Positions 15,077 to 27,980 of a DNA stretch of 64,000 bases are shown here, piece after piece. The position numbers and the translations under genes were made by a program. Within the stretch, counting starts at the first letter, position 1. Each line of letters begins with the position of its first letter. The stretch is from assembly GCA_012295275.1 (NCBI GenBank), contig CM022670.1, positions 10,354,001-10,418,000 of the forward strand, read 5' to 3'. The stretch comes from Chrysomallon squamiferum. Lineage: Eukaryota; Animalia; Mollusca. A model generated the notes under the pieces. The model had not been told where the DNA came from. It saw nothing but the letters and a program-made list of their open reading frames with translations, and made no database searches.

Positions 15077-16123
15077 ACAATGATGTCAGTTTGTTATACT
15101 GTTTTTATTTTAATTATTACAAAGTTGTAATAATATCAGCGTTATTATTCATTTTATCACATTTTAAATTTCTAGTCAATTTATGATATCAAGCAAAATT
15201 TTATACATTTTCCAAAAATGATTTAGTCTGGACTGGATGATATTTTTATTAATTAATTAATTAATTATATTATTTATTTATATTTTGAATCACCATTGTG
15301 TATGTATGTATGAATGTATGTTTGTATCTGTGTATGTATGTATGTATGTATGTATGTATGTATGTATGTATGTATGTATGTATGTATGTATGTATAAATA
15401 TTGTAATTTAACAGCTGAATAATAATATTTTTAAGTAAATTTAATGTAGATATAAAAAAGTATATGTTTAAATATGGAAACTGAATTGTACATCTCGTAG
15501 TATTATATATTACTTTTTCATGAACTTTCAAATTATCTCGTAATCTTTAATAGTATTTATTTAATTTCTAATTACTTGATTTGTGTTTAGATCATAATAC
15601 TATTGAAAATTTTGAAGACATACAACCACATACATATGTACCGAATATATATGTGTGTGTGTGTGTGTATTATATATATATTATGTATGTGTATTTATCT
15701 GCATGTGTGTTTATGTGCGTGCACATATGAATGTGTTTGGTAGCGATACAAGTACGTTGTTAATTGTGCATATGTCAAAGTAATTAGCACAAAATTACAT
15801 AATTTTCTATAATTTTAGATGAAATTTAAATGTTAATTAGCATGTTTCATATTAAGATATTGTTTTGAACGTCAGAAACAGATATTAAAAAATATAGTAT
15901 AACTGTCACAGAATCATAAATACTTATAATTTTTAAACGCATGAACGACTGATTCAGTAACTGATTCATAGACGAATAAATCGATTAACTTATAAATAAA
16001 TAAACAAACAAATAAATAAACATAAAAACAAACAAACAAAAAAAAATTGATTAATTAAAAGAAAATCGATGTATATAAATAAATAAAATAAAATAAAATG
16101 AAATAAAATAAATAAATAAAAAA

Positions 16124-16154
<31 letters not shown>

Positions 16155-16585
16155 AAACATATATATAAATAAACCAATAAATAAATAAATAAATAAATAA
16201 GCAAAAATATAAATAAATAAATAAATAAATAAATATACATTTAAATTAATAAATAAATAAATATTTAAATTCAACAAACAAACAAATAAATAAATAAGTA
16301 AATAAATAAATAAATAAATAAATAAAATGATGAATTTAGTGAAGAATCAATTATTAATTTTAATCCTGTTAACGACGATAAAAGGATAACATAAAAATAT
16401 AATTTTATTAACTCATTTTTATACAGTCTTAACATTTGTATTACTATACACATATTTTCTTTTTTTGTTGATATTAGGTTAGAATACTTAATTTGTACAA
16501 AATCGATCATAATACTAGTAGTATTAGTATTAATATTATTAATAGTAGCAGTAGCAACAGCAGCAGCAGTAGTAGCAACAGCAAC

Positions 16586-16622
<37 letters not shown>

Positions 16623-18458
16623 ATAGTAGTAGTTTCTGTAGCAGTAATAAACACATAATAACTAAAATGTTATTTAACTTGTAAACGAAATTATTGGCTG
16701 CGAAATTTTTTAAACGCGGAGCCAAAATAATGAATTAAATGGAACAATAATAAAATGCAACGTTATTGGGGAAATTCGAAAGTTTATTTCATTTTTAATT
16801 CTATGAAATAATGATCTATTGCCCATTTAATTCTTTCAGATTAAAAATAATGATTAAATTTTTGTTTTATTGAGAGCTCTTTCTCACAGCTCCAACATTG
16901 TTCTTATCAAGTAATATTATTAAATTTTAAGTTTATTTAATTACTGTTAATTAAAAGAGAAATTAAAACAGAGGGGAGGCATGGTTGAAAGAACGAAAAC
17001 ATAAAAGAAGGAATAATGAAAAAAGAAAAAGAAAAGAAAGGCAAATGAAACACAGATGTGAAAGAAAACACTGAGGAAAAGAAAGAAAGGAAAGAAGAAA
17101 GAAAGAAAGAAAGAATAAAGAATAAATGAAAGAGAAAAAAGAAAATGAATGAAAAAGCGAGGACAAAGAATGGAATCTGTGAACGAACGAAGATAATTAA
17201 AAATCAAATCATATTATAATGAACATCTGTACCAAAACTCGAAATCATGTATTCGAAATAAACTTAAGTTAAAACCATTTTAGAAAACGTTAAGTGGCAA
17301 AAAAAAAAAAAAAAAAAAAAAAAAAATAAAGAACAACAGTACAAAATATCAACAAACTATCTTTTTTAATACCTGAGAAATCTAGCTATGCTTGTTTTCT
17401 GATGATTGCATTGCCATCTTCTCCGTTTCAGAAATACTTTTGAATTTCAGTACATTTTTGAGTTAATTTTTAGATTTCAGCCCACCACAGTCAGTGTTCA
17501 CATTGTTAATTTTCTACCATCAGTGTTGGCACATGATACCCGCGCACAGTGTATGATACTATGAAGCATTTGTAATAATATATAACAATTATACGTTGTA
17601 ATATAAAACCCAGCAGGTCCCATCACTGTCTTTTCAGAAAAATTATAACTGCTGAAAACTCTAAATTATAGATTTCCATTGCTCTTTCTGAAAATATTAA
17701 ATCAAACATACAACGTCTGATATGATCATATCCATTTCAGAAAGCTGTATCTTCTGAAAACCCCCAGTAATTATACATACAAAGTCCGATCTAACAATTT
17801 TCGCTTCAGAAAATTGTATCTTCTGTAATATGTAAGTTCCTCTCTTTGTGAAAGATGCACTGAAACAGCTGTCTCATCTAGTTTATATAATTTGGTTTCA
17901 TATTTCAGTGTACGTTCAGTGAAAAGTGTTGATATAAAGCTTATTTGTAATGTTTACTGACAAAGGAAACTAAAGTTAAAATTACATAAATTAAGAAATG
18001 AATGAATGGATAAGTAAATACAAAAATAAATAAATAAATAAATAAATAAATAAATATATATATATATATATAAATACAAATAAATAAGATAAACAAACTG
18101 AAATTATTGTATAAATAAATATATAAATTAGCAGATAAATATAGATAAATAAATAAATATATAAAATAATAATAATAATAATAATAATGATGATAATAAT
18201 GAAATAATATGAATAATAATAATCATAATAATAATAATAACGATTACTATATAATGAATGTTAAACGGAAAAATAAACGTATAGTTTTTGTTACCAAATA
18301 CACTGACACATTGCGCGGTTTCGTATTGTTCATTACGTACAGCTCATCATCATCAGTCAAGAAAAAATGTTCACATTCACACGAAATTAATCAAAACTGT
18401 TTTCAAAATAATCCTTGTCCATTCGAAATTCAAGCGTTTTTTTAGTGCGCTTTAAAAA

Positions 18459-19175
18459 TTATACCTTGTCATTGTTACACCGCTTGAACGACGGAGAACC
18501 GGGTGCAGGCGGGTACAGCGACGGACACTTGTCGCCGGCGGGAGCCTGGGGGTGCAGGCGGGAGTAGGCGGGGTAGGCGTCGATGCACGGGGCCGTCTGG
18601 TTGAGGCAGACGAGCATGCGCCTCATCTCTTCAAGCGCGTTGGCCTGCATTAAAATATAGTTCTTCGCCAGGAGGAGGGTGGCGATTTTCGACAGCTTCC
18701 TCACCGAGGGGCTGTGGGCGTAGGGTATGACGCTGCGCAACTCGTCGAGGGCGTCGTTGAGGTCGTGCATGCGCCGTCTCTCCCGCGCGTTGATGTTCAG
18801 CCGCACCGTCTTGCCCGACTTCTTCACGCCGCCTTTGTTGCCGTCGCCGTCCATGTAGTCTCCGCCCATGATGTCCAGGTTCTGCTTGTCGTCGTCGCTG
18901 GTGGTGCAGCCTTCGTCGTCGTCGTCGTCGTCGCGTCGTCGGTCTCCCTGCATGTTGTCGCAGTCGCCGTCCACGTCGACGTTGACCTCGGGAGACCTCG
19001 CCTCCCTGCACTCGTCCTCTCCGCTGTCTCCGTCAGCACCCATGCGTTGACGTCGGTCGCTGGATTTCGACAGCGCGTTGAGGTGCGGGTAGAATCCGTT
19101 GCCGGATAAACTGTTTGCTCCACACGACTGGCCGTGGAGTGCTCGGTTTGCTCCGTCGAAGAACTGGAAATCCAT
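18459..19175 (-). CDS. BHLHE22: Class E neural bHLH transcription factor, Beta3/Oli family (BHLHE22/BHLHE23 co-ortholog), 238 aa, no intron within the CDS
   Basis: aa ~123-177 [55 protein letters not shown] carries the Beta3-diagnostic residues ([26 protein letters not shown]), not the Olig ones (KINSRERKR, AMDGLR, AHGPS, LARNY). ATG at 19173-19175 has A at -3 and G at +4, with an in-frame TGA six codons upstream (19191-19193). Acidic N-terminal tract; GC-rich coding island in an AT-rich background. Confidence 0.96.
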   Translation of the reverse strand: MDFQFFDGANRALHGQSCGANSLSGNGFYPHLNALSKSSDRRQRMGADGDSGEDECREARSPEVNVDVDGDCDNMQGDRRRDDDDDDEGCTTSDDDKQNLDIMGGDYMDGDGNKGGVKKSGKTVRLNINARERRRMHDLNDALDELRSVIPYAHSPSVRKLSKIATLLLAKNYILMQANALEEMRRMLVCLNQTAPCIDAYPAYSRLHPQAPAGDKCPSLYPPAPGSPSFKRCNNDKV

Positions 19176-19305
19176 TCTGATTTCCTCACCTCACCCCACT
19201 CTCTTTCTTTCTTTCTGAGTGCTTTTTTTTTTTTTGATGGATCTAAAATGTGACAAGCAAGACTAATGGAGTTTTTTTTTTTCCTCACAAAACTGTCCAC
19301 AACAA

Positions 19306-19380
19306 TCACGAGGCTATCACGATGCAGAAACTGTAAAAGTAATCCATATGCTTTTTGGGAGAAACAGTACAAGTAAACAT
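19306..19380 (-). other. Candidate upstream ORF (MFTCTVSPKKHMDYFYSFCIVIAS*) in the presumed 5' leader
   Basis: Minus-strand ATG at 19380, second in-frame ATG at 19347, TGA ending at 19306, 130 nt upstream of the main ATG. Relevant only if this region is in the mature mRNA. Confidence 0.35.
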
Positions 19381-19404
19381 AAAAACAACCACAAAAAAAA
19401 AAAA

Positions 19405-19437
<33 letters not shown>

Positions 19438-19689
19438 GTCACACTTTGAAAAAGTATTGATGTTAGTTCATAATCCTGTTAATTTTTTTTTTTTTTTTTT
19501 TTTGTCCAAAAATATTTTCTTTTTTTTTTTTCCTTCTTTGCCACTTCTCTGTCTCTCTTCTTCTTTTTCTTCTTCTTTTTAACAATATTTTCTACACGAT
19601 AAAGACGCGAAAAAAAAAAAAGAGTAAAAAATTATATATATTTCAAAGTCTTTCTGAAACTTTTATCGTATTCGAACAGAAATGAAATC

Positions 19690-20240
19690 AGTGACACATA
19701 AGGCGAAACAATCTTGTCTTGATTGGAGCCATCCAACAAAAGTATCGTCTAACTTTAGCCGTGAAGTGAGGAGCCAAATCGTATTAAACAAATTAATTGA
19801 AGTGTTTGGATCCGTCTAAGTCGACGAATCTGATTGGCTGGCCGGCTGAGTGACACGCCGGCGAGCTCAAATAGACTGCAGTTTCCCCAGCTGCTCCGCC
19901 AACGGATAGGCCAATTATCGTTGTTTGGCGAGCGCGCGCCGGCTTACAGTCCAATAAAGATCGTTAACTTCCGCGCTATCTCCGGTAACGTACTTGTACG
20001 TAACTGTGTAACTCGGCCCCTCTTATTTAATCAACTGGTTTGTCAAACCGTTTGCAGGATCATCGACATAAAAACTGTCAGAGCGAGGCTAACAAGCGTG
20101 CTTTAGACAGGGTTTTAGCACAGCGATAAAATTAACTCCGAAGTCAGCGAGAGGCTGTTAGGGAAGGAAATTTTGAGAAATAGAATTGTGTGTTTTAAAT
20201 GGATCTCGAGTCCTTCCGCAGGAAATCTGCACACTGCAAT
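19690..20240 (-). promoter_or_regulatory. Proximal promoter / CpG island of the Beta3/Oli gene
   Basis: First CpG-rich island upstream of the ATG. NF-Y box CTGATTGGCTG 19830-19840, GATTGG 19721-19726, CCAAT at 19911 and 19951, GC-rich GGCGAGCGCGCGCCGGC near 19927. TSS cannot be determined from sequence. Confidence 0.65.
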
Positions 20241-20388
20241 TGGTTGTAGAGATGATGAAGTAAAAAGAAAAAGAAAAAAAAAAAAGAGAGATAAAGCTAA
20301 TAAATAAAGGAACGGAAAGATTCGGTGTGGAAAGGGAAAGATTTTAGTAGAAATAAAATAAAATAATATAAATAAAGTAAACAAAATA

Positions 20389-20432
<44 letters not shown>

Positions 20433-21077
20433 AAAATTAAATAACAATTAATAAAAATATAAATAATATAAACAAGAAAAACAAAAAACAAAGAAAAATA
20501 AAGAAAAAAAGCCAAAACAGAATTAAATTAAGAATATTTAAGTAAATAAATACATAAATATAAATAAAAGACCAAAGAATATAAATAGAGATAAATTAAA
20601 TTAGAAATAATGAAATAAAAAAAATACCAAAATAAAAATATAAATAAAATAATATAAATGAATGAATGAATAAATGATTGAGTAAATAAATAAATAAATA
20701 GAATAATAATATTTTATGAAATAGAATAATAATATTAAACGAATTAATATAACTGAGTGCTTAATAAGATAAAAATTTAATACATTACCTGTAAAACAAA
20801 ATAAAACGAAATATAAAATAAAATATAATTAAATAAAGCGGAAAACAATAAATATAATATAAATTAAAATTAAAAGAAAATATATTTGTATTTCTCGAAT
20901 TTTGCTTACCGTATTAATTACTTATTAGATCAAATTAAAATACTTTAATCATATATGGACTTTTTATTTTAGGCTTGGGGCAGCCAAACTAACAAATACA
21001 AATAAAATTAAAACAGTCATTAAATAGTTGATTATTAATTTTAAATAAAAGTATGATTTTTTTTTGTTCGAATTAAA

Positions 21078-21140
<63 letters not shown>

Positions 21141-22054
21141 TAATAACAAAAATAATAATCACAACAATAGTAGTAGTAGTAATAATAATAATAATTATAA
21201 TAATAATAATAAATGATAATAATAATACAATATTTTCTTAATTGTCTATACGATACTTCTCAAACGTTGTTTTTTTAAAGATTTTAATATTAATTTTTGA
21301 TTTACTGGAATAATAATAAACAATTAGCTAATAATTGTTTTAAAGATATTTTGTTAACATACATTATATCTAAAAGGTGCACTCTCTATCTTAAGATAAA
21401 CACCATACAAATAGTGTAACACACACATATACATATTTAAATTCCACATATCTCTGTTTATCTGTCTGTCTTTATATATATATATATTATATATAAAGAC
21501 AGACACACACACATACACATATATACACACATGTATTTTATTTTATAAACATACATATACATACACACATTCACAGACACACCTCTATTTCTTATTTGTC
21601 TCTCTGTATATATACATGTATGTGTGTGTGTGTGTGTTGTTGTTGTTATAATGAGTTAAAGTAATTAATTATTATTGTAACAGTAGTCGGGTCCTGCTCC
21701 TTCAGTATAAAATCAGAAAACTAACTCAGTAATAAATAAATAAATAAATAATTATTTTAAAGTGCTGTTATAAAAAAAAAAACACATTCGTTCGTTTCTT
21801 TAGCTCATTAAAGAAGATTACAGATTAAAGCAAATACCCGCTTGTGACTCAGTGTTTCCAGCCTGTTGTTAAATAGCCCGAGATGAAAGCAAATATTAAT
21901 TTGTTATATTCGTCTTCAGGTAAATCTACCGTTATAATCTTCTTTAGTATTTAATTAAAACATATTTAGTATAATCTGATCTGAAAACGTGGCAGTTCTG
22001 TTGCAAATAATTTCATAGCTGTTGTCAGTGTATGTGGGTTATTTTGTTTTCTTG

Positions 22055-22130
<76 letters not shown>

Positions 22131-22918
22131 CATGATGGCAAGGGCATTAAATGTTAGTAATATTTAAAAGAAAAAATACTTATGCGAATTCAGAAGTATT
22201 TTCTAAATCGCTTTTTGTATAAATACATAAATTATTTTGATAAAGAGAAATTATCAGCAATTATATAAAAAAAGGTGATTTAAAACTCGTATTAGTTAAT
22301 AATAGCAGCAGCGAATTTTCAGTTTTACTGATTATTCAATATCTAGCTTGTCATATATATAACAGTATTTAAAATGATTATTTATTTATTATTGAGTTAG
22401 TTTTCTGATTTTCTAATGATGATGCAGGCGGAAACTGACAACTGTTACAACTATATATATATAATATATATATATATATATTGTTGTAACAGTTTGTTAA
22501 TTCATATATACATATACACATAAATTAAATTAAACAAAATAAATAAATAAATAATAAAGTGTTCATGAACAGAGTTAGCTTTGTTATCACGTGTTTTAAA
22601 TTGTTATAAATCATACTGAACATAATTACGTTATAAAAATTGTATACTAAATATACTACAGAGAAAATACGTTACAATCTGTATTGATTTAACTGAATTC
22701 TGTTATATTAAATTATTTAATATGAATTATGTGAGACAGATTTATGTTACATCAAACACTGTTATTTAAAATTATTTCATGTATTTATTGACGTATGTTA
22801 TAACATTAAATAGTTTATATTAAAGATGTTACACTGTTTTAATATAATACAAGATCATATTTTGAAAATTTCTAGTTGTTTATTTATTTATTTATTTGTT
22901 TATTTATTTATTTATTTA

Positions 22919-22970
<52 letters not shown>

Positions 22971-23168
22971 GATTGATTGATTGATTTATTTATTTTACTG
23001 AATTACAGTTTTTTCATTTATTTTATATAGATATATAATATAGTGATTTATATCAGAATGTACTGATAATACTAGGAAATATTACTAGGCAAGAAACGGA
23101 CAAGACAATAAGCTGCAGAAGCTTTGGATTAAGAAAGAAAACTATTTTAGAAAATTACCTACTACTAG

Positions 23169-23207
<39 letters not shown>

Positions 23208-23914
23208 CTGCAGTTAATTCCTGTACAGAATTTTCTATTCGGATATTATTTTTCAATTCAAATATAACTATCTTTACTTTGAAATATTCTTTTAATGATA
23301 ACGCAGTAACCTAAATTATTTATTAAAGTGCAAAATGAGAACATTTCTGAATTAACAGGTCAGTAAACTGTTGGATTTGAACCCAGTACCAAAACGTCCC
23401 GAGGGACTGACGTTAGGATGATGTCGGTGAAGCCTGTGGTGTATGATATTCAGTAATTTTGCGCTTCAAGATCGACATTTTATATTATCCCTCAGCGGTT
23501 TCAGAAACTTTAGCCCTAAGCGATGTTTCGTTTATATTAAATTTAGAAAGTTAGTTTTGTTCCTGGTCAAACTGCAGGTATATCCAATTACGTTAAATGT
23601 CAGCGCTCTACTGGCTGTTTATGAGAATTGTGTATTTTACTGAAACTTTTTACTAACAAATTAATTAAGGATAATATTGAAAAATGTGATTTTTTGTTAA
23701 TATAGAATGGAACAGTCGTATTGCAATATTTTTGAAAAATACACGCTCGATTTACTGTCAAAATAAACAACAATAATGACAAATTCATCAAAGACAGACA
23801 GACAGGAATAGAGACACATTCTGTAAGGTAAAACAAACGTATACAGACTCTTAAATTAAAATTAAATGAAACAAAATTAAACGAACAATTTCTACAAGTT
23901 TCTCAGACGTTGTA

Positions 23915-23983
<69 letters not shown>

Positions 23984-24478
23984 TAATAATAAAAAAAAAA
24001 TAGAATAAAAAAAAATAGAAAGAATAAAAAAATAAATAGAAAGAATAAAAAAAATCAAAAATCAAAAAACAATTCCATTCCTTTACTTACCAGGAACTCT
24101 GACATCGGGTCAGGAATTTATCATGTTTAATTATTTTTCTTGTATTCTCTGCACCCCACACCAAACAAACGACGAGGAACCAAGACGAACTGAGAGACAA
24201 CACTCAAGCCAGATAATAGTTCGTGAAGATGCGAGGCAATCTTCTGAAATCGAATTGTCATCCATGATGGACATTTTAGAGAATTTGATTGACACGAAAT
24301 GCACAGAGGTGAATAAGAAAACAAATCAATTAGCATTCCATCATTGCCTCTCCCTCGCGGTGCCAAAGACCCCAGCCCAAATGGAGCCCAGGGTGTCATG
24401 ATGTCATGAACTGAAAAAAAAATCATTTTCGCTTATGCAGTCCGGGATGTCTTGATAGCACAGTAATTAAAAATAATA

Positions 24479-24518
<40 letters not shown>

Positions 24519-24628
24519 GTTGTTGTTATTATTATTATTATTATTATTATCTTGATGTCAGAAAATAATAATACCATGACGTCACATAGCAATAGCTTGA
24601 CGTAACATAATAATATGTCTTGATATGT

Positions 24629-24946
<318 letters not shown>

Positions 24947-25393
24947 TATGTATTTGATTATCGAGCCTTTAGTGTCTTGAGATCACGTAATAAAAATAAA
25001 TATTCTGTAATGGACACACAAAAAAATGATGATGCTTTAGACCAAGTCAAAGAATCGAATCTTTCAAAAAAGAAAAGAAGAAAAGAAAAAAAAAAGACAC
25101 GTTTATTTTCAGAAAGTTATTATCGAATGTGGAAAGAGAGAGATCACAACGCGCACATTATGTAATTAGATTTATTCTGTCTTAAGGCGGAGTTGATGAA
25201 ATGCTTGTTGTGTTTTTCGCTGAGTTGTCGTGGACGTGTCAAACACGTGTGTTTATCAAATAACAGGTCAGCTAAATGGAGACAGGCTTTCTAAAGTGAT
25301 TTCTATTGATTCTTTCTAACATTCGATTTGAATTCATTATATTCATTAACTGCACGCCGTCGCTATTGAAGCCTTTCATTGGCTTGTCCAGTT

Positions 25394-25509
<116 letters not shown>

Positions 25510-25805
25510 CTGTGTGTGTTGTGTGTGTACAAACACACATACACATACACACTTATAGATAGATAGATAGACAGACAGAGAGAGATAATATTCTTTTAAT
25601 AAAACAACATTATTTTATCTAATTTAAATGGGTAAAAACAAAAATAGCTATTTAAAAACAGCAGATCATTCTTTTCTAAGCACTAAGTTTATTGCCTGTT
25701 GTTTTGGGATATTTTGTGCTCACAAAGCAATAGAAAATACTACACTTAGCATAGGTTTATTCGTAATAGAATAATGTTATACATTAATTACAAAAAATAC
25801 ACCCC

Positions 25806-25840
<35 letters not shown>

Positions 25841-26269
25841 AACGATTGATCTTTCTATTGATAAATAAATAAATAAATAAATATTATTATTACAGTTGTT
25901 GTCTTTATTAGTATCATTATTATTATTGTATGTTGTTGTTGCTATTTCAAGATAATGAAATGAAATAATAATAGTAAATAGAAATAAATAAATAAATGAA
26001 TAACGAAAACGTTTTATAACGAAAATTTAAAATGAAAATTCATATTTTAAATGAACGGTTAACATCTTTTTAATTTATCCCTAAGGATGAAAATAAACTA
26101 AAATATTCAGTACTTTAAGAATATAAATGAATGAAAGAATGAATTAAAGGAAACAAATGCTTTCATGTGTAATTATAGTGAAACTCTAATACGATTATAA
26201 TTAACGTGCAATGAAATACGAAAAGCACAGAATTTCGAAAACGACAGTAAACAAAGCGTAGGTTTATAA

Positions 26270-26920
26270 TTATATGCAGTCTGTAAGGTTTTTATTACGA
26301 TTAACCTTTTCCAAAGCCTTCAGTTGTGTACGCGGACTGCACTGTGAGTGTGTAATCGTCAATTTCGCCATCGTAAAAAAGGCTAATTCTGGCACCATTT
26401 CTGCTGCTGTATCATCATCTCCTCGTACAATTCTCTAATTATAGCCCAGCGGTGTGTGAAACGTTTAGACGTGACAATTTAGCGGGCTGCTCGGCTCAGC
26501 CATGAGAGACACGGAGCACTCTTTCGCCTTCTTGCGTTCGGACAAAGCTTTCTCGTTTGCTCAGTGTACGATCGCCTTGTTCCTCATCAGAAGTAAACAA
26601 TTGGCGATCCCTTTGTAGAGTTCTTCAGCCACGTAAGAGTGAAAAAAAAAAGATCAACCAAAGTAAATTTGCGGGGAGTAATCCGCCACACGTCGAGCTC
26701 TTTCTTTTGGGGAGGCTAGGAGAAACTGGGAGTGCAGATTTTCTTGTCCTGGTTGGTGCCAAATGGCCAGGCATACGCGCACTCTTAATTAAAATGCAAT
26801 CTCATGATGGGTTTCTCATTAAGGGTATGTTAATTTGGAGCTGAATGCCTTTTAGTTAACATCACTGTGAAGTAAATTTCACAAAGCGCCATATGGTTAT
26901 ATCTAACAGGCCCGAGATGG
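26270..26920. promoter_or_regulatory. CpG-rich non-coding island, candidate enhancer
   Basis: GC/CpG rise, several TAATT homeodomain cores, GCCATATGGTT 26888-26898. Confidence 0.45.
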
Positions 26921-27929
26921 TTTGAAAACTTTTTTTTTTTCCTTTTTTTTTTTTTTTTTTCTCAAGAAACTGCTAGGGTAGGGGAGAATACTTTTCAAAT
27001 CCTTTGGAGCTTGAAAGCTAAATCTTTCACGGTGAACATGTGTTCTCAAAGTTACATCAATGCTCTGCCTTATACCGATTTCTTAATTTTTTTTTTTTTT
27101 TTTCAACGTTTACTTCAACGAGAGAAAAGAAATGATCTGTGGTTTTTTTGTTGTTGTATTTTTTTTTCAATAGCGCACGATTTAATGCCGTGAAAACGCT
27201 ACACGTATGGCGAACAAGACCAAAACTTTGACGTTATTAGAAGTTAACAATCGCCAAAACCAATCTTTAGATTACGCGAGTATCAAAAGCCAGAAGCGAA
27301 CAATAGACCATGAAATGAATGATGTTTCCGCGATCCGTATCTTTATTCTCTGTTGAAAATAGGGGACCGCTGTAATAAGTGGGGGCTCGAGAAGAGTTTT
27401 TTTTTTTTTTTTGAATTTTTATCTAATAATACAAGTTTTAATTATATATGTGGGTCACATAACAGTATAATAATGACATCCGTGTTTTTAACATGTTACT
27501 CTTTTCATATTACGTGTCATAAATCAGGGGATTTAAACATTTACTTCTGTATTTATTAGCCAGTTCAGTGACAAAAATGAAAGAAAATCTGTCTTTCATG
27601 TACAATATCCAATGATGTCAGAGCGAATGTATATTATTTGTTGATTTAATAATAAAAAAGTGATGACGACGATGATGATAATAGTAATAATAATGATGAT
27701 GATGATAACAGTGATGGTAATATCAATAATAAAAATGTAATAAAATAAAAATGTAAATAATAATAATGATGACCATGATGATGATGATGATGATGATAAT
27801 GATGCTAATTTCAATATTAAAAATGTAATAATAATAATAATAGTAGTAGTAGTAGAAATAATACTAATACTAATACTAATTATTGTTATTGTTGTTATTA
27901 TTATTAATTTATTATTACTGATAATCTTG

Positions 27930-27980
<51 letters not shown>

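Noticed and set aside
18000-18260. Dense AUUUA (ARE-like) motifs in the presumed 3' UTR
   Set aside because: Indistinguishable from the window-wide (AAAT)n/(AAT)n background.
18645-18803. Assignment of the bHLH as Olig1/2/3
   Set aside because: Diagnostic residues match the Beta3 (BHLHE22/23, Drosophila Oli) subfamily instead.
18631-19372. Overlapping ORFs in other frames and on the opposite strand of the bHLH gene (126, 131, 182 and 60 aa)
   Set aside because: Expected by-products of GC-rich codon usage and (GAC)n repeats; low complexity, and the 182-aa frame starts at TTG.
24123-24401. 92-aa ORF with protein-like composition
   Set aside because: No recognisable domain or convincing splice sites; the region reads better as a motif-rich island (TGATTGAC, AATCAATTAG). 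BLASTX or RNA-seq would settle it.
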